A stretch of 63,910 nucleotides of DNA, filler included, from Atractiella rhizophila (Eukaryota): assembly GCA_021432655.1 (NCBI GenBank). It is 5 parts of 4 records of this genome, joined end to end, with 100 filler letters (N's around TTAATTAATTAA, not from the genome) between each part and the next. Parts side by side here need not be neighbours in the genome. Positions count along the whole stretch, not along the records: positions 29,760 to 55,436 come from MU271183.1; 4 more parts are not named here. One strand, 5' to 3'. The notes under the pieces were generated by a model. It was not told where the DNA came from, did not search any database, and saw nothing but the letters and a program-made list of their open reading frames with translations. Positions 36,059 to 49,234 of the stretch are shown piece by piece (position 1 is the first letter of the stretch; each line of letters opens with the position of its first letter). The position numbers and the translations under genes were made by a program.

Positions 36059-36362
36059 AGTCTGTATCTCATTACTTGCATCTTCATTACATTAGTAAAA
36101 CGTTACCAGCGTGCACTAACGGCATCGAACATTATATCATCGCCAAAATCCCAATATGAAACTATACCTTGAAGGACGAAGATGCTGTACTTTCTCAGTG
36201 TCAAGAAGGAGGAAAAGAAACGGAAGGGTATGTCAAACTCTGCGAGTTTTTGGGACGAATTAAAAAGTTGTACAATGCGGCTTGATAAGAAGTGGAAAGT
36301 GTATCAAATGCGAACGACTAGATGCCACTGGCAGCTGTACCCTCCAAACTAAAGCTCTTCCC

Positions 36363-38962
36363 TCAAATCATGTCATTCCTTTCCTTCGCATTTCCCGCGT
36401 CTAATTCCTCCTCAATTGGCTCTCCCTCCAACCCTCCAAATCCTCCGGTGCTTCGGCGGGAACTATTACTGCTCCTCTTGCTACTTGGTCGTCTTCCCAA
36501 ACTCAACTTTTTAGGCTCGGTGAACCCAGACGCCCGACCTTGTTCCATCTCTTTCTTCTGTTCGATTTCCCTCTTCTCGGTCTCTTTCACCTTCTCTTCC
36601 ATCTCATATCTTCTCTCAAGACTTGGAGACTTGATACCGTGAAGTGCCAGATCGGCTCTCAACCTTTCTCTCTCCTGACGATCTTCTTCATCCTCCTCCG
36701 TATCCACCGCAGGAATCTTCGATAGACCTTGACCATTCAACTGAGAAGCAGAGAAAGACTTGAATTGTGCGCTCGAAGCAGCTGTGGGAGAGAGGGGAGG
36801 GTTGGTTTTGGAGAAGGAGAAGGGGTTCTTGAAATTCCAATCGATGGACAGACTCCTCCTCTTCCCTCCTTCTGGTCGTAGGGATTGCCTGTCCCTATTC
36901 GCATTCTCCGGAGTTGCGAATGAGACGCTATTCGAACCTGATTCGTCTTTGGAGGATGAACGATTCCACAAGATCGACTTCAGAGACGTGCCTGTGCTCT
37001 GCGTTACTCGATGTGTGGGTTTTGCGATCCTCGGCGTGGATGGAGCCTTGGCCGTTTCAGGGTTATAATCCTTTGCCAGGACTTTTTCGAATCCTTCCAT
37101 CGATATAATACGGTCGATGATCGTGGAGATGTACAGAGAGAGCGCCTTGTTTGCGTCCTTCAGGAGCTTGAATTCTTCGTTCAATTCTATCCACACGACA
37201 CACCATGAGTACATAACGTCATGTATGAGCAAGGAAGCAAGAAGGGAGCATACTCTCGTAAGCCTGTTTTGTGATTTCCTGCGCCTCCTTCGAATCCGCC
37301 TCATTTGCTCTCTCCAATTCGGCCTCCAAATCCATTCCTCCAAGCCCACCAATGGCGCTTCCATTGATAGTTCTCCTGCTCTTCTTCTTCTTAACCTCCT
37401 TGGCAAATCCCTCCTTCTCCCCTCCTCCACCAGCCATAGCGAGAACTGCACCCTCGTCTACTTTTCCCGTGCCACTACTCTGCAAAAGCATCTTCTCAAA
37501 CTCATCTTCCTCGTCTTCGTTCTCTTCATCAAACAGCTCTTCCTCCTCAAGAATGAAATCGGGTCTTCTCCCCACCTCTCCAAGCTTCAACACCTCTCCT
37601 AAGATATCGCCCACATTCTCAGGTCCCACACCTCCACCGACCAATCTTCCCAGCGTTCGCTCCCCTAACAAGACTTCAAAAGACTCATTGGTCTCCATCA
37701 ACTCCGCATTCGCCCTCTTCACCTCCGTCAACTCATCCATCGCGGTTCTATGACTTCTCTCGATACTCTCATAGCTAGCAGTCAAGCTCTTCAGCTGCGC
37801 TTGAACGCTACCCAGTTCTGCTGCCAGCTTCTTCTCCATCTCCGAGCTCTTCGTAATCACAGACACCTTTCGCGATCTCATCCCGACCGCGGGAATCTCG
37901 AGGCCTTCGAAGGTGTCTGGAGGAGGGGCGGACGGATCGTCGTCTCCAGCATCTTCGGTTGGAGCGCGAGAAGGAGACGGTGAAGGTTGACGAGAGCCTT
38001 TGTGGTGTGCGGCGGCGGAGGAGGCGAGTGAGGAGATGCGCAGTTTTAGATGTTGTTCTTGGTCGTGCCACGATTGACGCTCTGCGTCGAAAGATTCCGT
38101 CTGCCATCACACATATACGTGAGACCCATTTTCCAAGTCAAGGTGGAAAGTGGTGTGGAAGGGAGAAAGAGGGAGTCACTAACCTGATCCTTATATCTCT
38201 TCTCTACCTCCCTGTTCTTTCTCTCCAACTCCCGAATCTGCCCCCTCAGATGCTCTGCCACCTCCGACGCAGTCTCGGTATTTTGACTAAGCTCCTCTTC
38301 ACTAGAAACCACAATGAGTATCGTAAAATGAGCCAAAGAGGTGACATACATCCTGATGCCTTGGACGTAAAGCTCTTGCGCTTTTGAGTTCGCTAGTTCC
38401 ACTTCCTTTTCTAATTCTACATTGCGTTGAGCTGCTTCGGACGCGGTTTGGCGTGTCGTGTTGAGTGTTTCTTGTAGCTATCAATGGACACAGTCAGTAT
38501 CGAACATGTATTTGATCCAGAGCGTCTTTCACGCTCACAAAACTAGAGAGTTCATCACGCTCTCCTGTGAGCCTCACTCTCATAGCACTAGCCGAAATGG
38601 CATGACAAAGAGAGTCCCTCCTCTTCTTTGTTCACCCGTTTGAATGGTTGGAGCTCCAGCAACCCAGGGAAGAAATAACTCACGAGTTCGAATCGCTCTC
38701 TCTCTTTCTCCCTCTCTTCCCTTTCCACTCTCACCAACTCAAGCAGCTGTTCCTTCCCCAGCTTCGCCAATTCCGAATTCGCACTTCCGTTCAAAGAAGC
38801 CAATCCGGAGATAGAAGAACTAGGGGTATGTGCCCTCTTTGGACCGGTAGTTGTGGAGCGAGCGCTGCTCTTGCTGGACGGGAGCACCATGGAGACTGGA
38901 CGCGCTTTTGCTGCCGTTGGCGAGGTTGGAGACGTTGGTGTCCGAGGAGTTGGTGGAGGCAT
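36363..38962 (-). CDS. Coiled-coil protein, multi-exon, with LKDANKALSLYISTIIDRI..EGFEKVL motif
   Basis: Several E/K-rich heptad exons with consistent splice sites. Confidence 0.7.
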
Positions 38963-40896
38963 GATGGTCGTTTACTGAAACTGTTGAAAGAGAGAATGTG
39001 GCTGGGCGGTGGACCAGTGACAACTGGAAAAGGGAATTGGTGCGACACTTCGTCGTGGAAGTCGGTCAGTCGGTTCCGGCGCGAACAACAATTGCGCAAG
39101 GAAACGACGAGGTCGGGAGTCACATGAATCACAGAGTGGGATTGGACTTGGAAAGGGGTTACAGAAGATGTTTGGAGTTGATTTTCTCGTAAATCCATGA
39201 GAGAAATGAGAGGGTGTGGCTGCAGAAGTGGGAGCTACTGGTGAGCTTCATGTCATCATTTGCATCTGAGCGCGAGGGTTTGGCGTGTGGTGCATCTCTG
39301 AGATATGGCACATGTTAACTAATACATGCGATGGAGCTCGACAGACGCCAAATGCAGCTCATCCTCATGCTCCAGTGTACTGATAGTTCTATGTCTTCGC
39401 TGAAGATTTGTTCTGTCCCTTTTGGTCAGAATCTGACCACCACGTGCGCGATCATCGCCATAATCAGCCATTGCATGGAATCTGGACCTTTTGGTGGAGG
39501 TCCACCACAGAAGCGTTGCTGCAATTCACCAATTGACAAACACCTAGTTCCACATTCGGTCTGTCCTAGCTAATAACTAACGCAATAGTGAATGTATCCA
39601 AGTTTTCTGTCATGATGCAGAAAACTTTTTTCTTGTGGTCATGCACTCACTTCCTCACCATTTTCACCCCGGTTTTGTCATTCGAGAACACGCCTCCGTC
39701 GTGGGTTCATATCGGCGCGTCGTGCTTACCCTAAGTAGTCAGTTTTTACTACTGAATCCTGAATCTTGCCCGAGAAGCAACCACTCAGGACCTTACGAAA
39801 TTGATCGGCTGTCCTTTTGTCTTCAACACTTTTGGGACCTGATATTTCTAGTAGGCGCCGTAAACACCAATGCTTCATTCAGAAGTAGCTCTCCCGACGA
39901 CGTCTTCAAATTCGGATACCATAAAATGCGGTTTTTCATTTGGGTTGACGCATGTGCAAGCTGCTTCAAGCAGACCTTGTCCTTGGTGAGAGAAATTGCG
40001 GGCCAGAGTGTGCTTGGAAATCGCCCCTGAGCTCCTCCGAGAGATTTCAGTGCAATTAAAACCAAACGAGTCGGGCTCTCCCTTCGGCGAGGGTTCTGAG
40101 GTCCATCCATTTACACATAATGCACTAGGTTGAGCGCTGCTTACCTTGCTAATTTCTGAGAGCCTCTTTGTGGCATATGGTTCAGATCAGAGTCGGATCT
40201 ACCGATTTCTGGATCCTTCTTCGATATCAAAAGATGTTAACTATTCCATCACAGATGCTAGCTATTCTGGTAAAGTTCCTGCCATTGGAGTACAGGTGCA
40301 GTTACTGGATTTTGCTTGATTCCACGCCATCGGCTCGAGGGTCAGCATCTGCAAGCTACTGCAAACCAAATTGAGTTACAACCTGTTATTTCAGGATCGG
40401 CGGTCCGATCTTCCCAACTCGAGCGAATTTACTGTGAGGGGCAGATTTGGGATTTTTGTTGCAGCACTCAGCGTGGACAAGAGATTCGGTATTGGGGTCC
40501 TTTCTTTCATGTGTTCTATGCATTGTTCCATGATTCGCTTCTTGATGATGCTTCTTTTGCAGTTGATCGATCTTTACATGCGTCTACGTCATTCATTGCG
40601 ATCATTACATTGCCTTGCGTTGAGAATATTGCGAAAACGAGAAAACGGATGAAAGTCCCTGATGCGATGCAGAACAAGAGAGAAATAGAAAGTCAATAAG
40701 GGTTATTTTGAGGAGTTGGACCCAGAATGTACACCAAATCAATTGGAGAGAAGCTACTCAGAAAAGTACGCAGAAACATTTTGAGATCAAGTTCGATGCT
40801 TTGTACAGACTGCACAAAAGTTCGTCAGCGATATGGTAACTGCCAAACAAAAGTCCGCTCACACTATCTAGTTCTTGCAGTTGTACGGTTGTACGC

Positions 40897-42240
40897 TCAT
40901 CTCCTCAGCCTTCCCTCCCGCTCCAATCTTGCGAGGCAGACATAGACCTGTTCATGAAACCTCTTCGTCCTCTCCCAGCCCATGTTGTGCGCGATCTCTC
41001 GTCCCCTCTGAACCCTCTCCAACTTTTCTACCTGCTCTTCGATATTCCCAGTTCGTACCCCTGCAGTGGCACCAGACATCCTTCCGCCCATTCTCGAGGA
41101 CCAAGCATCCTCAGCAAACGGACTTGATCTTGCTTTCGATCTCGAGGGAGTGCCATTTTGGTAAATGGGTCGGTCAGCGTAGCGATGAAGAGGCGAGCCG
41201 GGTTCAGTTGGATACTCTCTCCGTGTCCTGTTCAGGGCTGGAGATGGGGTACGACGCAGAGGAGGAGCAGGAAAGTCTCTCAAGTACGAGGACGGCGGAC
41301 TGAATGGATCGGGAGGTTGTGGAGCCGGCGTGCGAGGGCGGCGAGTGGGTTGTGGAGGCGACTGTGATCGCGCTGGCTGTTGTGGAGGTGACTGCGATCG
41401 TGCTGACGCTCGTGGAGGGAAGTGAAAAATTGGTTCTGGACTCGGATCACGCTGAGGTTGAGGAGGGGGAATAGGAACGTCTCTTTGTCGCAGGGGTGTA
41501 GGAATCTCCCTTTGTCGAGGCGGAATAGGAATATCCCTTTGTCGAGGAGGTGCTCCAAAGGTTCGGGGTGGTGGACGTGACGCCCCATTGTTCAGGATTC
41601 GCTCTTCCAGACGGGAGAAGTTTCGCCGTGGCTCGCTGTTGTTGAACGTTGGCTCCTCCCGAACATAATCTCTTCTGGGACGCGGCGGAGATGCAGTAGG
41701 CTGAAAAATTGGAGGTGCCCGTTCCGGCGTCGTTCGTCGAGGTGCTGCTGTCGACGCGGAAGGAGGCCGAATATTAGACGATGATGACAACGGTCGAGAA
41801 GCCGCGAAAGAGGGCAGAGGTTGCGATGCTGCAGACGCGAATGCTGCTGCTTCGGCGGCTGCGACGCGAGCGGGAAGGTCGCCCAGCAACTCTTCATACG
41901 GTTCTCGAGCTCGAGGCTGAGGTTCTGGTGCTTGCGGTTTACGTGCTGGTATCTCCCGCCTCCAAGTGCGAGCAGATGTGATGCTACTCCGAGGACGCGC
42001 GCGTGGACGACTAGGACTGGGAGGTGCATGACTTGGCTGACCAGATGTCGACTCCCGGACGAAATTATTGAAAGTCTCACCAACGTGGACCGTTGGCGAT
42101 GCGGCTTGAGGACTTCGACTGGCTGTTGAACCTGCGGAAGCAGGTTGCTGTGTTGTTTTGGCCTCTTTCCGTGCTGTTTGTTTCCTCCGTCGCTCGTTAG
42201 CATCGTACGGTTTCATCGGTTTGATGTCGAAGAAACCCAT
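40897..42240 (-). CDS. Pro/Arg/Ser-rich disordered hypothetical protein (may splice on to ~40700)
   Basis: 447-aa ORF, upstream CATAAAA TATA-like box, possible donor after RFHEQ. Confidence 0.6.
   Translation of the reverse strand: MGFFDIKPMKPYDANERRRKQTARKEAKTTQQPASAGSTASRSPQAASPTVHVGETFNNFVRESTSGQPSHAPPSPSRPRARPRSSITSARTWRREIPARKPQAPEPQPRAREPYEELLGDLPARVAAAEAAAFASAASQPLPSFAASRPLSSSSNIRPPSASTAAPRRTTPERAPPIFQPTASPPRPRRDYVREEPTFNNSEPRRNFSRLEERILNNGASRPPPRTFGAPPRQRDIPIPPRQREIPTPLRQRDVPIPPPQPQRDPSPEPIFHFPPRASARSQSPPQQPARSQSPPQPTRRPRTPAPQPPDPFSPPSSYLRDFPAPPLRRTPSPALNRTRREYPTEPGSPLHRYADRPIYQNGTPSRSKARSSPFAEDAWSSRMGGRMSGATAGVRTGNIEEQVEKLERVQRGREIAHNMGWERTKRFHEQVYVCLARLEREGRLRR
41340..41550 (-). 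repeat. Intragenic tandem repeats: 3x27 nt (RQRDIPIPP-like) and 2x30 nt (ARSQSPPQ)
   Basis: Visible in both DNA and translation. Confidence 0.75.
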
Positions 42241-43952
42241 GATGGGTATTTAGAAATAATTCGATAGTTTTGCTCGAGTTGGAGGAGCTACAGGGCGGAC
42301 AAGCCGGCATTTTATGGACTTGTTCGTAATTCTTTCATGCCTTGTGCGGTTGACAATGGGAGATGTTATTGAAGAGCATAAGGGAATGTAGTGGCGTGGA
42401 TTTTCGTCGAACAAAGGAACAAGCTAGCGGAAACAAGGAATCAAGAAATCTTTGACGGTCGGCTGCTGCCATGCCACCTGTTGATTTCAGAGGCAATGGT
42501 GTTACGAGAAGTCATCTTCAAGGATAAGAATAATCAAGTGGAGGCAACTCGACGGAATGTCGAAGCGAGCGAGCAAGGGGAGAACAAAGGGAAAGTGGTG
42601 ATTCCTGACAGCCTCATAGCATCCTTCATAATGCAATTCCTTGACACCAATTCAGCACACTATTCAGTGCTGAATCAATTCATGTGCGAAAAAATGCAGT
42701 CCTGTCAATGTCAATGCGAGGCACAACAACCCCATCACATCACGTGCACAAATTTCGTGGCTTTTGTTTTTTAATCCAACAAAGTTCACTTTCGCCCCTC
42801 GAGGCGGAGAACATTTTGGCCATTTGTTTTCTATATTCGGTCTCCTATTGGTCTATATTCTCTCCTTGCTTTTGATGCCCAGCTGCAGTAACGCAGTTAC
42901 GTGTTGTCGTTTTGATTGAATGGGCAAATCTGAGGGTCTTTGGGGCTGGGAAAAGTCCAGTCTTGGTCGAGTTTGGAGTGCATATGCGGTATAATGCGGT
43001 TATGAAAAACCTTTCAACTGCAAATGGGGTCCCAAACCTCCAAAGGGAATCTTGCCCTATTCTCCTATTTGTACCTTGTTCCCACTTGTTCCCGAACACA
43101 CAAACTCCAAATTTTCCTATATTTTGCAATACATGGAGCTAACGCAATTAATGCAAGCTCCTGCAGCTCCTCAGATGTGGGATCTCCACCATTACGCATT
43201 TCGCGGTACTCGTTCAGCTTGTCGCGGAGAAGAGATGGTCGAGGTTTCAATGGATGTGAAAATCTCTCTTCCTCAGAATGTCGTGTCGTTTACCTTTCGT
43301 GGATATGCATGTGCTATTATTTTACACCTTACGAAGGGTTTGTTAGGTCATTTGTTGGATCGTTTGTTCGCTCGTTGGAAGAGGTGCCTGCTCATAGAGC
43401 CACCCCCTGTCAATGTTGCTCCGACCAGTTGAACCAAGGCGGATTGTAGCTCCAGAAAAGAGATTAACAACATGTCACTCCATCGAGATGTGATAAACTC
43501 TCGTGAATGGATCTTGAATCCGAGGTTCAGCATTTGGGCAACGGAGCGGTGACCCAAAAGTTTGGTTTGGGTTCCACGGTCGGAGTTGCCTTCCCTTCCT
43601 AGCGTCTCGCCCGATAAACGATACAAACCATAACCTCTCTAGTTTTGGGGTTCTCGTTTGGTTGTTTGGAAGCAGACCTCTGTGATCCTGTGATGACACT
43701 CGGGAAGCCTAACGACGCCGTGATGGACGGGATGCACGTCCCGTGATGTGCGTTGCGCGCGCGTTTGGCCAGATTAGCGCTGCATAAAAGGCATCTCCTA
43801 TCGACCTTCGATTCCCCCAGATCCCTCTTCTTACGAAGATATCTTCCAGCGCCACCAAGCCATCACCACAACTTACACACCAACACTTCAACAAGAGACA
43901 GCTAGTCTGCTTCACTCAGAAATAGTCTCTCTCTTTTCATCAACAGTTCAGC

Positions 43953-45593
43953 ATGTTCAAGCTAGGAGCAAAGACCTGGTACGTCTTTCTTCCTCCTTCC
44001 TCATAGCAACGCTGACGTGTGCTGACTTGCAACTCGAACAGGGTCGCCAAAGCCCCTCCTCGACCAACGACTGCCCCACCAGAAACGTCGCTCGCTCTTG
44101 CTTCCACGTCAGCGAACGTGGCCGACTACCAAGTTCAACACGGCTCTCGTTTTTCGTCGCAAGCTGTGCTTCAGAACCGAATACAAAGCGAGGTCAGCCG
44201 CCTTCGCGACACTTTCCCCCATCTCTCCTCCCAGGCCATCCACGAGCACGTCGCGAAGAAGTACGGCATCGTGACCGCGACCTTTGAGGGTGAAGAACCT
44301 CAGCATCCCTACGCAAACATTCTTGATCAGCGCCCACGTCGTCAAAAGGTGGAGCCCAAGAAACCTCCCTCACCCGCTCCTTCCATCGCGGCACCTTCAT
44401 CGCATGCAACTCCCTCACCTCCGCCATCGTCCGCGTCTCCTGGACCAAGAGCTTTCTGCGACGCTGGCACCGGGATGGACGACGAATTCGGAGGGTATGA
44501 GATGTCTGATTGCGAGAACTTCGATCCGATGATTGGAGCTCGTGCTATCGGTCTGCGCTCCAGGGGAGTTGAGAGGATGCCTCCTATGCCAGGTCATGGA
44601 ATCATGAGACCAGATTCGACGCCTTTGGCTGGTGAGCCCTTTGACTACTTCACTTTCCGCAGTCCCACTAACAACAATGGTTTCTAGGCAGGAGGATGTC
44701 CATGCAGTCCCGTCCAATGCCCTCTCGACTCAGCAGAACGAACTCAAATTACGTTCAAGCTGGAAGGTGGGGACAAGGTGGTGACGAAGAGCCCATTGCA
44801 CGCCCCACGAATGTTCCATCACTCCGTGCGTTCCTCTCTTTTCATTTCTTTGCCTGATTTAACACTCGCACAGGTCGCGAACGGGATTCACCGCTTTTCG
44901 ACAGGTACCCTTCGCCGGCACCATCCTCAAGCCGTACTCGCTCAATATCTCCAACTCCTTCCTATAATCGTTCTACTCCATCACGTGCTGCAAATATCCC
45001 TCTGCCTCCTTCGACCATCGGCACTCCTGCGCCTCCTCATCCAGTCCTCCGTCGCACTCCTTCTCCTCAGATGCTCAGAGAAGGCCTGCCTGCTTCGCCG
45101 AGGCGACCCAGAACTGTGAGCGAGAGCCTACAGCAACAAGAGAGGGAAACAAGGAGGAGAAGACTGAACAACGACTATGGAGACAGAATGGAGGAGGAAG
45201 AGCAAGTGCCGCCTGAGTTGCAGTCTTTCCTTGAATCGAGAGAGAGGTCCAATCTCAATACCAGAGGACGATCGCAACGTCAGCATCAGCAAACATTTCC
45301 TTCGACTATGAATAGCGGTATTGATGCTGGAAGAAGGTCCACTTCTTCAGGCCCTTCTCGTCAAAACACCGGTAGGAGTTTGCACTGGGCAAATTCAATG
45401 TTTGATTACAATTATCCTAACGTTTATGTTTTTTAAAGGTTATTTCGCGAATAATGGTCTTCGTCATCAGGACTCCTTCTCTCAGCCTGGAATCCAAGTC
45501 GGGGCTGCTAAAGTGGCATCTCGTCTAGGACAAGGACTTAGAAGAGGATATCCAAATGTCAAGATACAACTCCCCATTTATTTCGTGCATTGA
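43953..45593 (+). CDS. Pro/Arg/Ser-rich disordered hypothetical protein, ~5 exons
   Basis: ATG at 43953; GT..CTRAC..AG introns at ~43979, ~44632, ~44826 and ~45372 give one open frame; CATAAAA box at ~43783. Confidence 0.55.
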
Positions 45594-46248
45594 CCGAGTC
45601 TACCGCTCGATCTCTTTCATATGTACTTCATCCGTTCTTGGGATCTTGATGTCATTTCGTACCACCTTTCAGTTGTCTTTCGTGTTCCGTCTCATCATCA
45701 TTCATACCTCATAATTTCACTATCGAAAGATACACGACTTGTTCGATAGTCTCCCTCTCCTTCTCCACTCATCTCCTTCATCATTCATGATCACACCTCA
45801 CCACCGTCCACTCATTCATCTTCATTTCGTGCATCCTTCCATGACACATGCTATGCTTACATGCCATGCTACCATGCCTTCCACTCATTACTGTCAAAAT
45901 TGTTGCTTGTTGCTTCATCCTCTGTACCTGTACCAATAATAATGTTGTATTTTTAGAGATATGACCCATGTTCCCCGGCAGGATAAGAGCCTTGAGCCCT
46001 AGAGTAGTTGGAGTAGTCAGGATTATGAACAAATTTCAGCATAGGTTTGAGAGAAGAATCTGCGTCAACGGGATTTTGACACGTAATACTTTTAACTGCC
46101 TAGCGCTGGGAGCAGTAGAGCTGAAGGCGATAAGATGAGACATTTTTATGCATGATGGAAACATTACGAAAGTCGTAAGATACACACAATTCGACGTAGT
46201 CAGTCGCCCCTTGTACATACCAAAAGAGTAATCATGAGGGTTCTTTAC

Positions 46249-48516
46249 TCAAAGCGACGCCTTTCCTCTCGTCTCATAAGGAATGAGGAAACAGAGCAAT
46301 CCTCCGGCAAGAAAGAGAGCCCCAGAAACCTGGCATCAGACGCGGTGTCAGCACCTTCTTGCCGGGAAAAGGAAGGGAGGTGGTGGAACTCACGTATATG
46401 GGGACTGGCGTCGTGAGGTCTGCCTTCAAAGCGATGATTGGAGACATGATACCAAAGATCCTATTTGCAGATGCAGCTAGACCGGTTCCTGTCCCTCTAT
46501 CCTTCGTGGGGAAGAGTTCCGGCTGTCACACACCACTGTCAGATATGGACGAGGTCGGAGAAGAAAGATGATGACGAACCGTCAGCCCGTAAAGAACTCC
46601 ATACATAACGTTTGAGGTAAAGGAGTAGGCGCAGTTCCATCCGAGAAGTGAGTCTGAGGTTCGTGCTGTTGTCGATGCGAAGAGGAAGACTCCGGTCAGA
46701 ACTGTTGTAGGCACGACGGCATTAGTTTCCTCATCGAGCAGGGTAAGAACCACGTACTGGTTGAAACAGCGAGTGTTCCCTTCCTTCCCACATAAGGTAT
46801 CTCACTAGAATATCCTCCCCAAAGAGCACCCGGAACTCCAGTGACGGCAATAATGACTAAGTTCCTGTAGGTGATATAGGTGCTTCCGTCTCCTGCTTCA
46901 GCGCCACGCAACGAAAGGAAGACCGAAATAAAGGCGTTGTAAAGCGGGAACGCAAGTCTGTGCCCAAATTATTTAGGTACGAGGCGGAAGCGAGGAGGAG
47001 GAACGAACCCGATGATGCCCCAAATGAGAATGATGAGAGAAGAGGACCAGAAAAGTTGCTTTGTGGCGAAAATGGCCTTGACATGCTCGCCCGAAAAGTG
47101 TTCGGTGCTCCGCTTCAACGCTCCGAGAATGGTTTTATCTACCTCTCTCTCTTTCTCCCCATCCTCCAAGCCAGCAATGACGCCTACCGCCTTCAAGTCC
47201 TCCACCTTGAGGTCGCTCGTCTTGCCATTATACCTCGCAATTCTATGCACGTTCTCTACAGCTTCTTCATCCCTCCCTCGTCCCATCAAGTACTTTGGTG
47301 ACTCCTTAAGGTTGAAAATGAAGAAACGGACGATCCAGAGAAGAATCATGAGTCCTCCGTTGAGGTAAAGGAAGTAGCGCCATCCCATATTATCCTCCTT
47401 CCTGCACACCTCAGCTTCGAACTCGCACGACAAGTTGCCGATCAATGGCCATGCGACGAGGGCACCAAACAATTGTCCGAATGCCCACCAGATGGAGAGG
47501 ATGATGAGGAGGTATTGATGTGAGGCAGGGAGTGCCTCTAAGAAGATGGAACTGTCAACGGGGAGATTGCCTGAAACGTCCACTTCGTGAGCATGTGTGC
47601 CCTTGGGAGGAAGGGAAGGACAGACCTCCAACTCCGATGGACCAGACCGCAGCAAAGGAACAGAGAGCAGTGTAATTCGGGCTGCCACCGGCAGCAGTGG
47701 CGAATATACCTGCATTCATTCAGTGTTAAACTCCTATATCAAGTAAGAGCGTGTGTGGAGGGAAATACAAACCGACGATAAGCAGAGTGATATTGAACGA
47801 GATCCTGCGTCCCCAAATATCCGATCCTGGCCGTCCGACAATCATCAGCCAATATTCCCTCCTGCAGCGATTGAGAGTAGTGCGTACCAAGACCCCAGAA
47901 GGCGGCTCCAACTAGCAGACCAATGTTTTGGCCCAGCTTGATATATGGCGCTTTGACACCTGCAAATTCGGACAGGACGGGTGGAAGGATGAGACCTTTA
48001 TCGCGAACAGAAATCAGGATGGGATGGTTTCGAGACGGGACGAAAGAGACGAACCAGTGACGACGGGATAGAGGTTGTCAGCGAACCATCCGAAGCCTTC
48101 ATAGTACCGGTTAGCACTTGCAAAGGACAAAGGAACAGGACCAACCCGTGACGATGAAGAGGTGCCACTACCAAACACTATCAGCATCGTCTTCTCTCCT
48201 CTGAAATTCAGAAGAATCTCACCTGATACTTCCCCATTCCAATTCTTTGAATAGCGTCATTTAACACCTTTGCCTTCGCTTGGTCTGTTCCGATGATTAC
48301 ATATTAGCACGACCATGTACGAAAGAGAAGGAGTAAGGAAGAAGCACAAATGGGATCTACGCTTCCTGGGGGCAACACATCCGTCGTCTCTCCCTCCGTA
48401 ATGCGGGAGACGACCTTCGTAGCGGCTTGATCATCGTGCAAGTCCTTCTTATCCACTCCCTCCTCGAACTCCCTCTCCTTTTCGATGCTCGCTTTGCGTT
48501 CCAACTCGTTAGACAT
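46249..48516 (-). CDS. MFS transporter, SV2-like, many exons
   Basis: GMGKYQ, GFGWFADNL, SDIWGRR..FNITL, GNLPVDSSIFLE, NMGWRY, ESPKYL..GRDEEA, PELFPTKDRGTG, IPYETRGKASL*. Confidence 0.9.
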
Positions 48517-49234
48517 CTTACTTCAAGTTCTTCCTCTGTTCACTCTGCTTCCGTAAGCCCAACGCTAGAGCAGAGTAATCGAAGGTCGCCGGAAAGGGAA
48601 GGGTCGAAACTGTCAACGAGTTCGCCTTTTGAAGCTTTGAAGAACACATTCAGAACCCTTGAAAAAGTGCTTGAGGCGCTGAATTGAGCACGAGGTTCAG
48701 TGCGGGTTGAAAACACTAGTGTTTTTTGACGTTGACAGCAATGAATATGGCGCGATTGCTTATCATTCGTTCATTCAAGCGATGTCATTCGCTGTTCTCG
48801 TTGTGAATCCAACAACCAATACACCTTTTCCGGAAACTTCTGGCTGGTCTGTCGGTTGGGCTCTGGCAAGGACTCCCAAGAGTCTCCGACAGCGAGGAGC
48901 GGGATGATCCTCGAGGAATGACGATGTCTACAAAAGCCTTTCTTCCACGTCGCTGGTGCCTCGGCGGTTGAGTGTGAGGAGGTCTAGGACGATAAAGAGT
49001 GGCGTAACAGATGATAAACCATTACGAAACGCGTTGCGAAACCATGTAAACAGCATTTCTTCAAAGAATAGTTCTTGTTCGGGTGTGAGATATTGATGGC
49101 GGTGGATGTCAATTGAGGCGAATCGTGATGCATAAAGATGTCGTTTGATGTTGATGCCCAAACAAGCAACCACGTCTTCCAACGAAACGATTCTCTTTTG
49201 AGCAAGTTGTCTAGAGCCAGGTCGAGGGTCGAAC

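Noticed and set aside
39300..40700. Scattered short ORFs and splice-like signals (also 42391-43450, 29080-30266, 55537-55920, 57752-58190)
   Set aside because: No recognisable domain or consistent gene model could be built by eye.
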